A stretch of 64,000 nucleotides of DNA from a bacterium (GCA_016125385.1 WGLV01000015.1:2555-66554); one strand, 5' to 3'. Numbered from the stretch's first letter, positions 40,059 to 50,789 are shown. The notes: generated by a model from the sequence alone, not told the origin. A program made the numbers and translations.

Positions 40059-41393
40059 ATGCGATCGTCTCCTCATTTTCCATTCTCGCCCAGGCGGTTC
40101 CCATTTTATTATGGATGGGTGATTCTCTTCGCCTGCACGGTCGGCGTCGTGATGAGCATCCCCGGCCAGACGATGGGCGTCAGCGTGTTCACCGATTACC
40201 TGATCGATGCGCTGGGCGTTTCGCGCGTTCAGTTGAGCGCGGCCTATATGGCGGGCACCATCGCCAGCAGCCTGATGTTGCCCTGGAGCGGCGACTGGTT
40301 CGACCGATGGGGCGCCCGGATGATGGTGGTGTTTTCCGCCTCCATGCTGGGGGTGACGCTGTTGGTGTTGTGTCAGTGCGATCGCATCGCGCACGGCGTG
40401 GCGTGGCTGACCGGGCCGGGGCCCTGGGCTGCTTTGGCCGTGATGGCGATTGGTTTTACCCTGCTGCGATTTTCGGGGCAGGGGCTGTTGAGTATGACGT
40501 CGCGCGCCATGCTGGGCAAATGGTTTAACCGGTATCGCGGCTTCGCTTCCGGACTGAACGGCGTAATCGTGACGTTTTTGTTTTCTTTCGCTCCGCTGGG
40601 GCTGAACGGGTTGGTGAACTCGTTTGGTTGGCGCGGCGCCTGGGTCTGGATGGCCCTCGCATCATTCGCAATGGCGGCGCTGGGGTGGTTGCTCTACCGG
40701 GATAATCCGGAAGAGTGCGGTCTGACGATGGATGGACTGATTGAAGAGGATGAAGCCGAACATACCGGCGTCAGAGCGCATCACATTTATAAAGAATACA
40801 CTCGCGGCGAAGCGATTCGAACGTTTTCATTCTGGGTTTTTAACGCGGGGCTTGGCGCGTATGCGTTGATCGTGACCGAGTTGACGTTTCACATCGTTTC
40901 AATCGGTGAGGATTTCGGTCTCGATCGAGACCATGCGCTGGCGATTTTTCTGCCGATGGCGGTGGTGAGCATCGCGTGTAATTTCATCTTCGGATGGGTG
41001 TGCGACAAGGTGAAGTTGAAATACACCCTGGTCGTGATGATGGTGACGATGCTGGTTGGAGTCGGCGCGACGCCGTATCTGCAAACGCCAGCGGGCTGGT
41101 GGATCATGGTGTTCGGTCTGGGCGCGACGGGCGGAATTTTTTCTCCCCTGCTGACGGTGGTCTGGCCTGCGTTTTTCGGACGACGGCATCTGGGCGCGAT
41201 CAGCGGAATCAGTATGTCCGTGATCGTGTTTTCCAGCGCGATCGGCCCGTACCTGTTTGGATTATCGAAAGTCTGGTTCGGCGATTATCAGGCGGGTGTG
41301 TGGGCGTCGATGGCGATTCCCGCCGTGACGTTGCTTCTCGCTTTCACGGCGGAAAACCCGCAGGATCGCTGGCGCGCATTCGAAAGCCGTTAA
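40059..41393 (+). CDS. MFS transporter
   Basis: About 12 TM helices, FYYGWVI start and the GDWFDRWGAR MFS loop motif. Confidence 0.9.
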   Translation: MRSSPHFPFSPRRFPFYYGWVILFACTVGVVMSIPGQTMGVSVFTDYLIDALGVSRVQLSAAYMAGTIASSLMLPWSGDWFDRWGARMMVVFSASMLGVTLLVLCQCDRIAHGVAWLTGPGPWAALAVMAIGFTLLRFSGQGLLSMTSRAMLGKWFNRYRGFASGLNGVIVTFLFSFAPLGLNGLVNSFGWRGAWVWMALASFAMAALGWLLYRDNPEECGLTMDGLIEEDEAEHTGVRAHHIYKEYTRGEAIRTFSFWVFNAGLGAYALIVTELTFHIVSIGEDFGLDRDHALAIFLPMAVVSIACNFIFGWVCDKVKLKYTLVVMMVTMLVGVGATPYLQTPAGWWIMVFGLGATGGIFSPLLTVVWPAFFGRRHLGAISGISMSVIVFSSAIGPYLFGLSKVWFGDYQAGVWASMAIPAVTLLLAFTAENPQDRWRAFESR

Positions 41394-44300
41394 GCCTGAT
41401 TCGAACCGGGCCGGCTTAATTGCTTCTGAACGGCTTGTATCAGCTTGTTGATCGTGAATGGTTTCGACAGGTGAGCCGTATTGCCGCTGGAATCCTGATG
41501 TCCCGGGTTCTGATCGTATCCGCTGATCATCAAAACGCTCGCTTCCGGTTCGGTATCCCGGATCTGTTGCAGCGCCTCCCATCCGCTCATCCTCGGCATG
41601 GAAATATCGAGCACGATCAGGTTGAACGCGCCGGCGTGCTTCCTGAACAGTTCGACCGCTTCCAGTCCATCTTTGGCCAGAGAAACGCGATATCCGAGTT
41701 CTTCCAGCGCGGTTTTCGCCAGCGTCCGAATGGGTTCTTCATCATCCGCGAATAGAATCCATTCCCCCTCGCTGCTTTTGTTTGTTGTTGATCCGTCCCT
41801 GGATTGTTCCTGATCCGATTCCACCGTCTCGCGATCCGCCGCCGGCAGAAATATCATGAAAGTCGATCCTTCTCCCAGGCGGCTTCTGACTTCAAACCGG
41901 CCGTTGTGTTGCTGAATGATTCCATACGAACTGGCGAGCCCGAGGCCGTTGCCTTCCCCATCTTTTTTGGTGGTGAAGAATGGTTCAAAAATCTTTCTGC
42001 GCGTCTCCGGGCTCATTCCCGCGCCGTTGTCGGAGACTATGATCCTCACATTCCGGATGATGGAACCATCTTCTTTCTTTTCCTCTGAATACCCGGCGTT
42101 CAATTCAATACGAAACATTCGATCCATGATGTCTGGATTCATCTTATCAAACATCGCTTCGCGTATCGCGTCTCGCGCGTTCAAACAGAGATTCACCAAA
42201 ACGCTTTCGATGAGCCCCTTGTCGCCGAGCGCCAGAATCGGGGCGTCATTCGGCTGAACGACGATCTCGATCCGCCGGTCAATGGTCTGACGGGTGAGAG
42301 AGAAAACGTCCGCCAGCACTTGATTCATGTCGATTGGTTTGATTTGCAGCGTGCTTTTACGGCCAAACGCCAGCAGCTGCTGGATCAGGCTGGCCGCCTG
42401 GTCGACCGCTGTGCGGGCTTTCTGGATATATTCGCTGACGGGGGGGTGCGCGCGTGAACCGGCGAGCTCCAGATTGCCGATCAGGCTGGTCAGGATGTTA
42501 TTGAAATCGTGCGCGACGCCTCCGGCGAGACGCCCGAGCGCTTCGATCTTGCGGCTCTGGTGAAGTTCTTCTTCCAGGCTTTTCAAAATCGTGATGTCGT
42601 GCGCCACGTAAAGAACGCCGATTTTTTCACCGCGATGATCGTGAATGTGACGGCGTTCTTCACTGACGATGATCGACTCGCCGTCCGTCGTTTGATAAAC
42701 CACTTCTCCCCGCCAGAATCCAAACGCCGTGGCGGGTAATGCGTTGAATGGGCTCGAAAGGCATGGCTGAAAATCGCCGTAGGCTTCTTCACGGGTCTTA
42801 CCAACTAGGTCCGCCGGATCGTGCCCCAGCAGCGCTTTGACGGATGGACTGACGTAGGAGATTCGTCCATCGGTTCCAACCACCGTGACCCAGTCCGTCA
42901 TGTTTTCCAGAATCGCGGCGTGAAAACGGAGCGTTTCTTCATGGCGGATCTGAACGGAGATATCCCGGCTGACGGTGAACATGCAGAGCCGGCCTTCCAG
43001 CATTAATGTCCCTGAATACAACTCGACGGGAATCTCCGTCCCGTCTTTTTTGCGATGACGCCGGATCGGGATCGACGCCGGCCCGCCGCCGAGATAATTC
43101 CGAATGGCCTGTTCCGTCTGGTCGGGTTCGGCGGAAACCTGGGGCGCCTTCATGGTGCGCAGTTCATCCAGCGAATAGCCGTACATGCGCTCAGCCGCCT
43201 GATTGGCGTCGATAATGCACAAAGTCTCAGCGTCGTATAGAAAGATGGCGTCTGATACGTTGTCGAAAACCTGGTGATACCTGATTTCGCTCTCGCTGAG
43301 TTCGCGGGTACGAAGCTGAATCTGTTGTTCAAGATTTTGGGCGTGGCTTTGCAGTCTCCTTCTGGCGTAGATCGCGTAGAGGCCCAGTACGGCGATCGCG
43401 AGGGTCATTCCCGCGATGAGGGCTTGAAACCATGATTTTTTATGAATCGAGGTCGCATTGACGTTGAAAGTGATCTCGGCGGGGGAGGGGTCTTCTTCAA
43501 GCCCTTGATCGCGGGCTTTGATTTGCAGGGTATAGTATCCGGGTGAAAGACCCGCGAGCGTCAGGCCATCGGCGGGCAACTTCTGATATTCGCTCCATGG
43601 ACCGTTGTTGATTCGCCATGCGAATTGATAGCGGGTCGAACTGACGACAGGTTTCCATCGTTCGATACAGACCGGGCGGATATGAAGAATCTCCCCCTCG
43701 TCGATCGAACCGGGAGCGCCGAATATTCGGGTGTCAGGAGCAGTTCCATCCGTCGTCCATTGCAATAATCCGTCCGGAGTTTGTATCCAGAGCCGGTTCG
43801 TCGATTCCACAACGACGCGATCGACCTCGGTGTGAAATGGAAGAAAGATCGACCGGGGCGCCGAGGACCCGTTGCGCGGCGCGGCGTAGAGCCAGTCTCC
43901 GCCGCCGAAATAAATCACGTCATCTTCACCCAGTACGCCGCAGGTTAAGTCGTCGCTTTCATACAGCGTCCAGCCCGAGCGGTCGTCGCGCAGCCGCGCC
44001 GCCCCGCCTCGCCACTGTCCGGCGCCCGCCAGGCCGATCCAGATTTCAAATCCGCGAAACAGAATGAAGCGCACGTCCCGCCCCGGCAAACCTACGATTT
44101 GAGCCCAATTGTTATTCGCATTGCCCTGCCGGTCGCAAAACGCGACGCCGTGCGGGCCATAGAGCCATAAATCGTTTTGAGGATCGATCACATAATCGAG
44201 CGGCTCCACCGTCGGCACGTGATGATCAAGCGCGATGGTTTCAACCTCATCGCTGCTGATATTGAGGAAATAATGATTGTTATTGGCGGATTTCATCAAA

Positions 44301-45757
44301 ACGTAAGCGCCGTCATTGCTTGCGGCGTGCATGTTGGTGACGTCATCCCGCTGCATTTCATCGGGAGTACGGTCGTTCCACTCACCACCGGTGAAATGCT
44401 TTAACCGAAGTTCTCCATCGCGGTTTTCACCCAGCGCCCACGCTTCGTCTTTACCTCCGAGTTCCAGATACCGGATCGATATGAGTTTGTGATCCTCCGC
44501 CTCAAAAACCTGGGATTCGTGATTGCCGTTCCAGCGCACGATCCGATCGTCTTCCCAGCCCCATATTTCTCTCCCATGCCGCTGGGTCAGATGGCCTTTG
44601 AAATCCTGAATCCGATACCAGTTCTCTCCCGATTTGACGAGGGTTTCGCCGTTTGAAAACCAGAGGTTTTTATTGCGGTCCGTGAATTGTACGGCGGGGA
44701 GTCCGGTGTATAACTTCCATTGAGTGTTTTTGCGGTTCCACCGGGCCAGACAATTGTATCCGGCGGCCCAAAGCGAACCATCCGGCGCGTTGTTGATGAT
44801 TTCGATGCCGCCCGCCATGCTCGAGAGCTGCGGCGACGCTGGAATGAAATTTCCATTCCTCCATTCGCAGAACGCGCGAGTTTCCTGCGATTGATTGCGA
44901 TAAGAATAGACCCTGCCTTCCAGGTCGCTGGTCAGGTTGGCTGTATTGTTGTTTTTATCCGTTGGATCAATCTCATAACGCCGCCATGCGCCCTCTTGAT
45001 TTTGAAAGATCACGCCGGGGCCGCTCACCAGTAAACCTTCATCCTTCGATTCCGCGATGAAGAATACAGGATCGCTTGCGTTTTCAAGACCCGCCTGTTC
45101 AAGCGGATTAAACCATCGCGAACCATCCCATTGAGCGAGGCCGCCTTTGGTTAGAGCGAACTGGCGGCCCTGAGAGTCAGTGAACGCGTTGACGATCTCT
45201 TTCGCGGGCAGGCCGTCATCCACCGTAAAGACCCGTGAAAGACCATCGTGATAGAGCGTCAGTCCGCCCATTTGCGTTTCATCGGGCCATGGATCGCTGC
45301 AAAACCACAACGACCCATCTCCGTTCGTCACGATGCGCCGTACGCTGGGCCCCGCCAGTTCTAACGAGGCGGTCGCTTTTTCAAAGGCGTCTCCGTTTTT
45401 GATGAACACGCCTTCGGTGGTTCCCGCCCACACCTGATCGCTCTGGTCGACGCAAACGCAACGCACGATCCGGCTGGGAAGGCCCTGCCGTTCGCCAAAA
45501 CGCGTCCATTCATAACCGTCATACCTGACGAGCCCGTCCCATGAAGCGATCCAGACGGTTCCATCGTTTTCAAACGAGAGGTCGAATATGGAATAAAAGA
45601 GGAGACGGCTGTCTTCAAGAAATGAAGCGATGCTCCATGGAGCGTCGATCTTGTGTTCAGGAGGAAGTATGGGGACCCATGGATAGGCAGGCTGCGCCCA
45701 AGTTTCCGTAGCCGCGAAAATACACGGAATGATGGTGACAAGAATCCATTTTTTCAT
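41390..45757 (-). CDS. Hybrid sensor histidine kinase (periplasmic beta-propellers, Y_Y_Y, TM, 2 PAS, HisKA, HATPase, REC)
   Basis: GLVRYDG/GLPS propeller repeats, LSPGYYTLQIKARD Y_Y_Y domain, AHDFNNILT H-box, NLCLNARDA, GNGLGLA and the receiver DISMPRMSG. Confidence 0.92.
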   Translation of the reverse strand: MKKWILVTIIPCIFAATETWAQPAYPWVPILPPEHKIDAPWSIASFLEDSRLLFYSIFDLSFENDGTVWIASWDGLVRYDGYEWTRFGERQGLPSRIVRCVCVDQSDQVWAGTTEGVFIKNGDAFEKATASLELAGPSVRRIVTNGDGSLWFCSDPWPDETQMGGLTLYHDGLSRVFTVDDGLPAKEIVNAFTDSQGRQFALTKGGLAQWDGSRWFNPLEQAGLENASDPVFFIAESKDEGLLVSGPGVIFQNQEGAWRRYEIDPTDKNNNTANLTSDLEGRVYSYRNQSQETRAFCEWRNGNFIPASPQLSSMAGGIEIINNAPDGSLWAAGYNCLARWNRKNTQWKLYTGLPAVQFTDRNKNLWFSNGETLVKSGENWYRIQDFKGHLTQRHGREIWGWEDDRIVRWNGNHESQVFEAEDHKLISIRYLELGGKDEAWALGENRDGELRLKHFTGGEWNDRTPDEMQRDDVTNMHAASNDGAYVLMKSANNNHYFLNISSDEVETIALDHHVPTVEPLDYVIDPQNDLWLYGPHGVAFCDRQGNANNNWAQIVGLPGRDVRFILFRGFEIWIGLAGAGQWRGGAARLRDDRSGWTLYESDDLTCGVLGEDDVIYFGGGDWLYAAPRNGSSAPRSIFLPFHTEVDRVVVESTNRLWIQTPDGLLQWTTDGTAPDTRIFGAPGSIDEGEILHIRPVCIERWKPVVSSTRYQFAWRINNGPWSEYQKLPADGLTLAGLSPGYYTLQIKARDQGLEEDPSPAEITFNVNATSIHKKSWFQALIAGMTLAIAVLGLYAIYARRRLQSHAQNLEQQIQLRTRELSESEIRYHQVFDNVSDAIFLYDAETLCIIDANQAAERMYGYSLDELRTMKAPQVSAEPDQTEQAIRNYLGGGPASIPIRRHRKKDGTEIPVELYSGTLMLEGRLCMFTVSRDISVQIRHEETLRFHAAILENMTDWVTVVGTDGRISYVSPSVKALLGHDPADLVGKTREEAYGDFQPCLSSPFNALPATAFGFWRGEVVYQTTDGESIIVSEERRHIHDHRGEKIGVLYVAHDITILKSLEEELHQSRKIEALGRLAGGVAHDFNNILTSLIGNLELAGSRAHPPVSEYIQKARTAVDQAASLIQQLLAFGRKSTLQIKPIDMNQVLADVFSLTRQTIDRRIEIVVQPNDAPILALGDKGLIESVLVNLCLNARDAIREAMFDKMNPDIMDRMFRIELNAGYSEEKKEDGSIIRNVRIIVSDNGAGMSPETRRKIFEPFFTTKKDGEGNGLGLASSYGIIQQHNGRFEVRSRLGEGSTFMIFLPAADRETVESDQEQSRDGSTTNKSSEGEWILFADDEEPIRTLAKTALEELGYRVSLAKDGLEAVELFRKHAGAFNLIVLDISMPRMSGWEALQQIRDTEPEASVLMISGYDQNPGHQDSSGNTAHLSKPFTINKLIQAVQKQLSRPGSNQA

Positions 45758-46048
45758 AGGAGGCGGAAGCCGGGATGCTCGAATTGCACGATAGAATAGC
45801 CGTCCTATTCTGTATCGGTATATGCTTAAAAAACTTGAACTTGGATTTCAATTTCCTTCATGATTCATGGCGCGCATGCTCACTTGAACGGGTATCGATG
45901 GTCTCTAAGTTTCTCCGCCGATTGGCGATGCTTGGCTCATATAAACGACTGGATGAATACCGGATCAACCTGGTTGAACCGAACCTCTCAACAATACGAA
46001 AAAAAACAGCAAATTGCAAGCATGGAAAATTGATTGAATGGGAATTAT

Positions 46049-46912
46049 TCAAGATAAAGTGAGGCGGGTCGGGGTGCCATGCGGTTTGATCCGAATCAGC
46101 AGAATCAGGCAGACGATCAACCCGGCGGTCGGGATCGGGTATTTCAGCAGATTGCCTGCTTTTTCGATGAAAGTCATGAACTGAACCTTCCAGTTAAATC
46201 GTGAACCGGGCGGATAACTGGGGAACGAGTTATCTTCGGGCGTGGTGAAAAAATCGACGGTATCGGCGCCCGCTCCTCGCGGAAGAAACCATTGTCTGAC
46301 CAGGTCTCCCGACTTTTCAAAGTCAGAGACGCCCAGAACCTCGCCGTTTTCGTCCGTGGCGACGACTTCATAGTCGGGATCGTAGAGGCGCCACTTGCCG
46401 CCGTAAAAAATCTCCATGGTGACGTGCCCGTTGAGGCCGACGTGACGGGCGGGGTAGCCGAAATGCAGGGCGAGATCGACGAGAACGTATGACACTTGGC
46501 TGCACAGGCCATTGTCGCCGTATTTGAGCAGGGCGTCGACGTCACGCACCGCGATGATGTCGTGCGTCATGCCCACTGGCGCGGCCAGCTGTCCCAACGT
46601 CCAGATCAGCCAGTTGCTGAAAGGGGTGTAATTCGCTGTCTCGCTATGGCCAAAACGGGCGGCGACGACATCGTAAAGAATGTGGACTTTCTCCGCGTCG
46701 GATGCGCCTCCCGCCGCCTGCAGCCTGGATTCAGCATACCGGTATAACGCCTTCCTGTTGGGAGTGGAAGCAATCAGGTTGGAATCGAATTGTTCCCACG
46801 TGCGAACGGGGACCGATGGATACCGGCCCAATGAAGTGAGGTCGCCGAGCAGCGACAAGAGCAGCAGGACGAAAAAGAACGATAAAAACAGATAGAGAAG
46901 TTTTTTTTTCAT
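46049..46912 (-). CDS. Membrane-anchored transglutaminase-like protein
   Basis: Catalytic triad pattern GLCSQVS / GHVTMEI / WRLYDPD, with N- and C-terminal TM segments. The ORF is open to 47026. Confidence 0.68.
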   Translation of the reverse strand: MKKKLLYLFLSFFFVLLLLSLLGDLTSLGRYPSVPVRTWEQFDSNLIASTPNRKALYRYAESRLQAAGGASDAEKVHILYDVVAARFGHSETANYTPFSNWLIWTLGQLAAPVGMTHDIIAVRDVDALLKYGDNGLCSQVSYVLVDLALHFGYPARHVGLNGHVTMEIFYGGKWRLYDPDYEVVATDENGEVLGVSDFEKSGDLVRQWFLPRGAGADTVDFFTTPEDNSFPSYPPGSRFNWKVQFMTFIEKAGNLLKYPIPTAGLIVCLILLIRIKPHGTPTRLTLS

Positions 46913-47097
46913 GAGCTCCGATGACGATCGGTACGGATGAATCGTGTAGATTATGATATCACCGGATGCGTCCTGAAACAGGCCGGCGTTACGAGCGTCT
47001 TGCGCTGGAAAATGCGATGTGTTCACGGTTTAATACGGCGTGATCCACCCGCGCTGTGCGATTCGCACCGTGCGTGGAAAGCATTTGAAGGGAATTC

Positions 47098-48342
47098 ATG
47101 AACGAAGAGAAAACACATTCCACGCCCGAGGGAGCGACGCTTGAACCATCTCGGCCTCCCGCAGAGAGCGCGCAAAAGAGATCGAGGCTTCGAACGTTGC
47201 TTTTTGGGCTGATCGCGATCCTGTTTGGAATCGCCGCGCCGCTTCTCATTCTGGAAATCGCCTTGCGCTTCTTTCCGGTATGTCAGATATGGAGACTTGA
47301 ATCGGTCGATGCGGATCATCCCGTCAAACACATGGTTCCCAATCAGACGTTTCTCTACTCAAAAAGTTGGTATTGTTCGCCCCACCACTTCGTTCATGTT
47401 AACAACTATGGATTCGTGAACGATCAGGATTACGATCCAGATGACACGACTCCGTTACTGGCTGTGGTGGGAGACAGTTATATCGAATCGTTAATCGTGC
47501 CGTATCCTGATACGATTCAGGGACGGCTGGCGAAAACTCTCTCTCCGGACGTCAGAGTCTACAGTTTTGGGTTGGCGGGGGCGCCCCTTTCACAATACCT
47601 GATCTGGGCGAAATACGCCCGGGATACCTTTGGCGCGCAAGCGTTCGTCATCGTCGTGGTAGGCAACGATTTTGATGAATCATTAACGAAATATCAGCCG
47701 GGATATGGATTTTATCAGTTCGATCGAAAGCCGGACGGCGACTACCAGTTCGTAGGCAGCGAAAGCCGCGCATCCTTGCAAGGCCGGTTGCTGATGGCGT
47801 CGAGCGGCTGGTCGAAACTGGTCGCCTACCTCTATTTGAATTTGCGCGCGATCGATTTCGCGAGAAGCGTCTTGAATGGAGAAATCTCTCTTTTCCCTTC
47901 CGGCAACCAATACGCGGGCAATGTCGAGGCGCACGTCGATCGACAGCGTCTGGATGACTGTTTCAACGTGTCGAATCTGTTTTTAGACCGAGTGAAGGAA
48001 TACACCGGCGCCGAGCCTTCCCAGGTGATGTTTATCGTGGATGGCGTTCGGCCCCAACTATACAATGAGGCTCCTGATAAAGCGGGAGAAGACACCTTCT
48101 GGGGCCAGGTTCGCGGCGATTTCATCACCAGGGCTCGCGATCGTGGATACCGGGTCGCCGACATGCAGCAGGTTTTCAGAGATCATTACCAGCAACATCA
48201 ACAGAAATTTGAATTCCCCAACGATGGTCACTGGAATTCATTGGGAGACCAGATCGCGGCCGAACAGGTTCTCCAATCGAGATTTATCGGCGATAATTTC
48301 GATCTTCAGAAAGCTCAAACCCGCTCGGCGGGTGATGAGTGA
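47098..48342 (+). CDS. Membrane-anchored SGNH/GDSL-family protein
   Basis: TM anchor plus blocks VVGDSY, GNDFD and DGHWN. Confidence 0.8.
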   Translation: MNEEKTHSTPEGATLEPSRPPAESAQKRSRLRTLLFGLIAILFGIAAPLLILEIALRFFPVCQIWRLESVDADHPVKHMVPNQTFLYSKSWYCSPHHFVHVNNYGFVNDQDYDPDDTTPLLAVVGDSYIESLIVPYPDTIQGRLAKTLSPDVRVYSFGLAGAPLSQYLIWAKYARDTFGAQAFVIVVVGNDFDESLTKYQPGYGFYQFDRKPDGDYQFVGSESRASLQGRLLMASSGWSKLVAYLYLNLRAIDFARSVLNGEISLFPSGNQYAGNVEAHVDRQRLDDCFNVSNLFLDRVKEYTGAEPSQVMFIVDGVRPQLYNEAPDKAGEDTFWGQVRGDFITRARDRGYRVADMQQVFRDHYQQHQQKFEFPNDGHWNSLGDQIAAEQVLQSRFIGDNFDLQKAQTRSAGDE

Positions 48343-48366
48343 CACCGCCCCGGAAAGGCGAACGCG

Positions 48367-48759
48367 ATGGAATTTATTGCGTATCGGCAGTTGACGAAAA
48401 ATCATTGTAAGGACGCAGGCATGGCCTTGACGCTGATCTGCCTGTTGATCGCGTGGCTTGGCGGCTGGCACGCGTTTTACGCCTGGGCCGTGGCGTCTCA
48501 CGTTGTCAACATGGTCTGGCCGCCAATATTCAAGCCGTTCGCGTTTTTGTGGTTTGGTTTGTCGTTCGTGTTGGGCACGGTCGTATCAAAAATCGTGCTG
48601 GGAATCATTTTTTTCATCGTTGTAACGCCGGTTGGCTTTTTACGAAGCGTAACGGGCGGCGACCCGATGAGGCTGAAAGGTTGGAAGAAAGGCGGCGATT
48701 CCGTCTTTATCGAACGCGGCGTGCGCTTCTCTTCCAGTGACGTGGAAAAACCATATTAA
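48367..48759 (+). CDS. SxtJ-family membrane protein
   Basis: WFGLSFVLGTVVSKIVLGIIFFIVVTPVG...DPMRL pattern, upstream of a carbamoyltransferase. Confidence 0.82.
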   Translation: MEFIAYRQLTKNHCKDAGMALTLICLLIAWLGGWHAFYAWAVASHVVNMVWPPIFKPFAFLWFGLSFVLGTVVSKIVLGIIFFIVVTPVGFLRSVTGGDPMRLKGWKKGGDSVFIERGVRFSSSDVEKPY

Positions 48760-48777
48760 GACCCGTGAGGAACAAGC

Positions 48778-48927
48778 ATGGATCTCTTTAATGATTTTAT
48801 CGGCTTTATGATGGAGCGGAAAAAGTTCTGGTTGATTCCCATCATCCTGACGCTGCTTCTGTTTGGTTTGTTAATCGTGATCTCCGGGGGCTCGGCCATC
48901 GCGCCGTTCATCTACACCCTTTTCTAA
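48778..48927 (+). CDS. DUF5989 (SxtK-like) small membrane protein, 49 aa
   Basis: Below the ORF-track cutoff. Manual translation gives MDLFNDFIGFMMERKKFWLIPIILTLLLFGLLIVISGGSAIAPFIYTLF, with a GAGGAA RBS. Confidence 0.88.
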   Translation: MDLFNDFIGFMMERKKFWLIPIILTLLLFGLLIVISGGSAIAPFIYTLF

Positions 48928-48932
48928 AAAAT

Positions 48933-50789
48933 ATGCACGAAGCGATCCTTGGCGTCTCCGCGTTTTATCACGACAGCGCCGCCGCTCTGCTGGTCGACGG
49001 CGAGATTCTGGCCGCCGCTCAGGAAGAACGGTTCACCCGCAAAAAACACGATCCTTCTTTTCCTGCCAACGCTGTTCGTTATGTGTTGGAGGAAGGCGGG
49101 CTCTCGTCGGATGATATCGCGGCGGTGGCGTTTTATGACAAGCCTTATCTCAAGTTCGAGCGCTTGCTTGAGACCTATCACGGCTTTGCACCCAGCGGGC
49201 TGACCAGCTTCATTCAGGCGATCCCCGTCTGGATCAAGGAAAAGCTGTTCATGCGCGACATGCTGGTTGAAGAGCTGGAGAAGGTGGGCGTTCACAAACC
49301 GAAGTTCTTGTTTTCTGAACATCACCTGTCCCACGCCGCCAGCGCGTTTTACCCCTCCCCGTTTCATGACGCCGCTATCCTGACCGTCGACGGCGTCGGC
49401 GAATGGGCGACGACGACCATCTGCAAGGGAACGGGTAAGGATATCGAAATCCTGCGCGAGATCGAGTTTCCTCATTCGCTGGGCCTGCTGTATTCGGCGT
49501 TTACGTATTATTGCGGCTTCCGAGTCAACAGCGGCGAATACAAATTGATGGGCCTCGCGCCGTATGGTCACCCCGGTTCAGATCGTGTGAAACGTTTTCG
49601 TCAGCTGATTCTCGATGAACTGCTCGATCTGCGCGATGACGGTTCGTTTCTGCTCAATATGAATTACTTCAACTACGCCACCGGGCTCACCATGACGGCT
49701 GACCGCAAGTGGGATTCGCTGTTCGGCGTCCCGCGCCGCGCGGCCGAGTCGGAGCTCACGCAGGAACACATGGACCTCGCCCTGGCGATTCAACAGGTGA
49801 CCGAAGACGCGGTGATCCGCCTTGCGGATACCGCGAAAGAACTCACTGGTTGTGAAAACCTGTGCATGGCGGGCGGCGTCGCGCTGAATTGTGTGGCCAA
49901 CGGTAAACTGTTGCGCAAAGGCGTCTTCAACGATGTCTGGATTCAACCGGCCGCCGGCGACGCGGGCGGCGCGCTGGGCGCGGCCTATTGCGGCTGGCAT
50001 ATCTGGAAGGGGCATGACCGCTTGCCTCGGAAGTCTGACTCCATGCAGGGCGCCTACCTGGGCCCGCTCTACGATAACCGTGACGTTGAGCGCACGCTGC
50101 GCAAGTTCGGCGCCGCCGCCGACCGCTACGACGACGAGGATGCGTTGTGCGCGGCGGTCGCGGAAATTCTCGACCGTGGTCTGGTGGTGGGGTGGTGCAA
50201 CGGCCGCATGGAATACGGCCCGCGCGCGCTGGGCGGGCGCAGCATCCTTGGCGACCCGCGCAATCCTGAAATGCAGAAACGCCTCAACCTGAAAATTAAA
50301 TACCGCGAAAGTTTCCGCCCCTTCGCGCCCTCGGTGATGGAGGAATGTATCGGTGAGTATTTCGATCTCGATCGTCCCTCGCCGTACATGCTGCTGGTGG
50401 CGCCGGTAAACGAAAACCGCCGCAAGCCCGTGCCGGACGATTACGATTCGATGAACCTGCGCGACCGCTTGTACTATCAGCGTTCCGACGTACCCGCTAT
50501 CACGCACATTGATTTTTCCGCGCGAATTCAGAGCGTGAGCCGCGAGACCAACCCGCGCTACTGGAAACTGATCGACGCCTTCCGCCAGCGCACCGGTTAC
50601 GGCCTCATCGTCAACACCAGCTTCAATGTGCGCGGCGAGCCCATCGTCTGCACGCCGGAGGACGCGTATCGTTGCTTCATGCGCACCGAGATGGATTTTC
50701 TTGTGCTGGGCGATTACGTGCTCGACAAAACCCGCCAACCCGAGTGGAAGGAAGAGAAAAACTGGCGCGAGGACTACGTTCTGGATTGA
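48933..50789 (+). CDS. NodU/CmcH-family O-carbamoyltransferase
   Basis: YHDSAAAL, QEERFTRKKH, EHHLSHAASAF, GEYKLMGLAPYG, GGVALNC, GPRALGGRS and NTSFNVRGEPIV. Confidence 0.94.
   Translation: MHEAILGVSAFYHDSAAALLVDGEILAAAQEERFTRKKHDPSFPANAVRYVLEEGGLSSDDIAAVAFYDKPYLKFERLLETYHGFAPSGLTSFIQAIPVWIKEKLFMRDMLVEELEKVGVHKPKFLFSEHHLSHAASAFYPSPFHDAAILTVDGVGEWATTTICKGTGKDIEILREIEFPHSLGLLYSAFTYYCGFRVNSGEYKLMGLAPYGHPGSDRVKRFRQLILDELLDLRDDGSFLLNMNYFNYATGLTMTADRKWDSLFGVPRRAAESELTQEHMDLALAIQQVTEDAVIRLADTAKELTGCENLCMAGGVALNCVANGKLLRKGVFNDVWIQPAAGDAGGALGAAYCGWHIWKGHDRLPRKSDSMQGAYLGPLYDNRDVERTLRKFGAAADRYDDEDALCAAVAEILDRGLVVGWCNGRMEYGPRALGGRSILGDPRNPEMQKRLNLKIKYRESFRPFAPSVMEECIGEYFDLDRPSPYMLLVAPVNENRRKPVPDDYDSMNLRDRLYYQRSDVPAITHIDFSARIQSVSRETNPRYWKLIDAFRQRTGYGLIVNTSFNVRGEPIVCTPEDAYRCFMRTEMDFLVLGDYVLDKTRQPEWKEEKNWREDYVLD

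Noticed and set aside
46901-46909. A9 run right after the probable start of the transglutaminase-like gene (phase variation?)
   Set aside because: In frame and simply encodes MKKK, a normal signal-anchor N-region; no evidence of variation.
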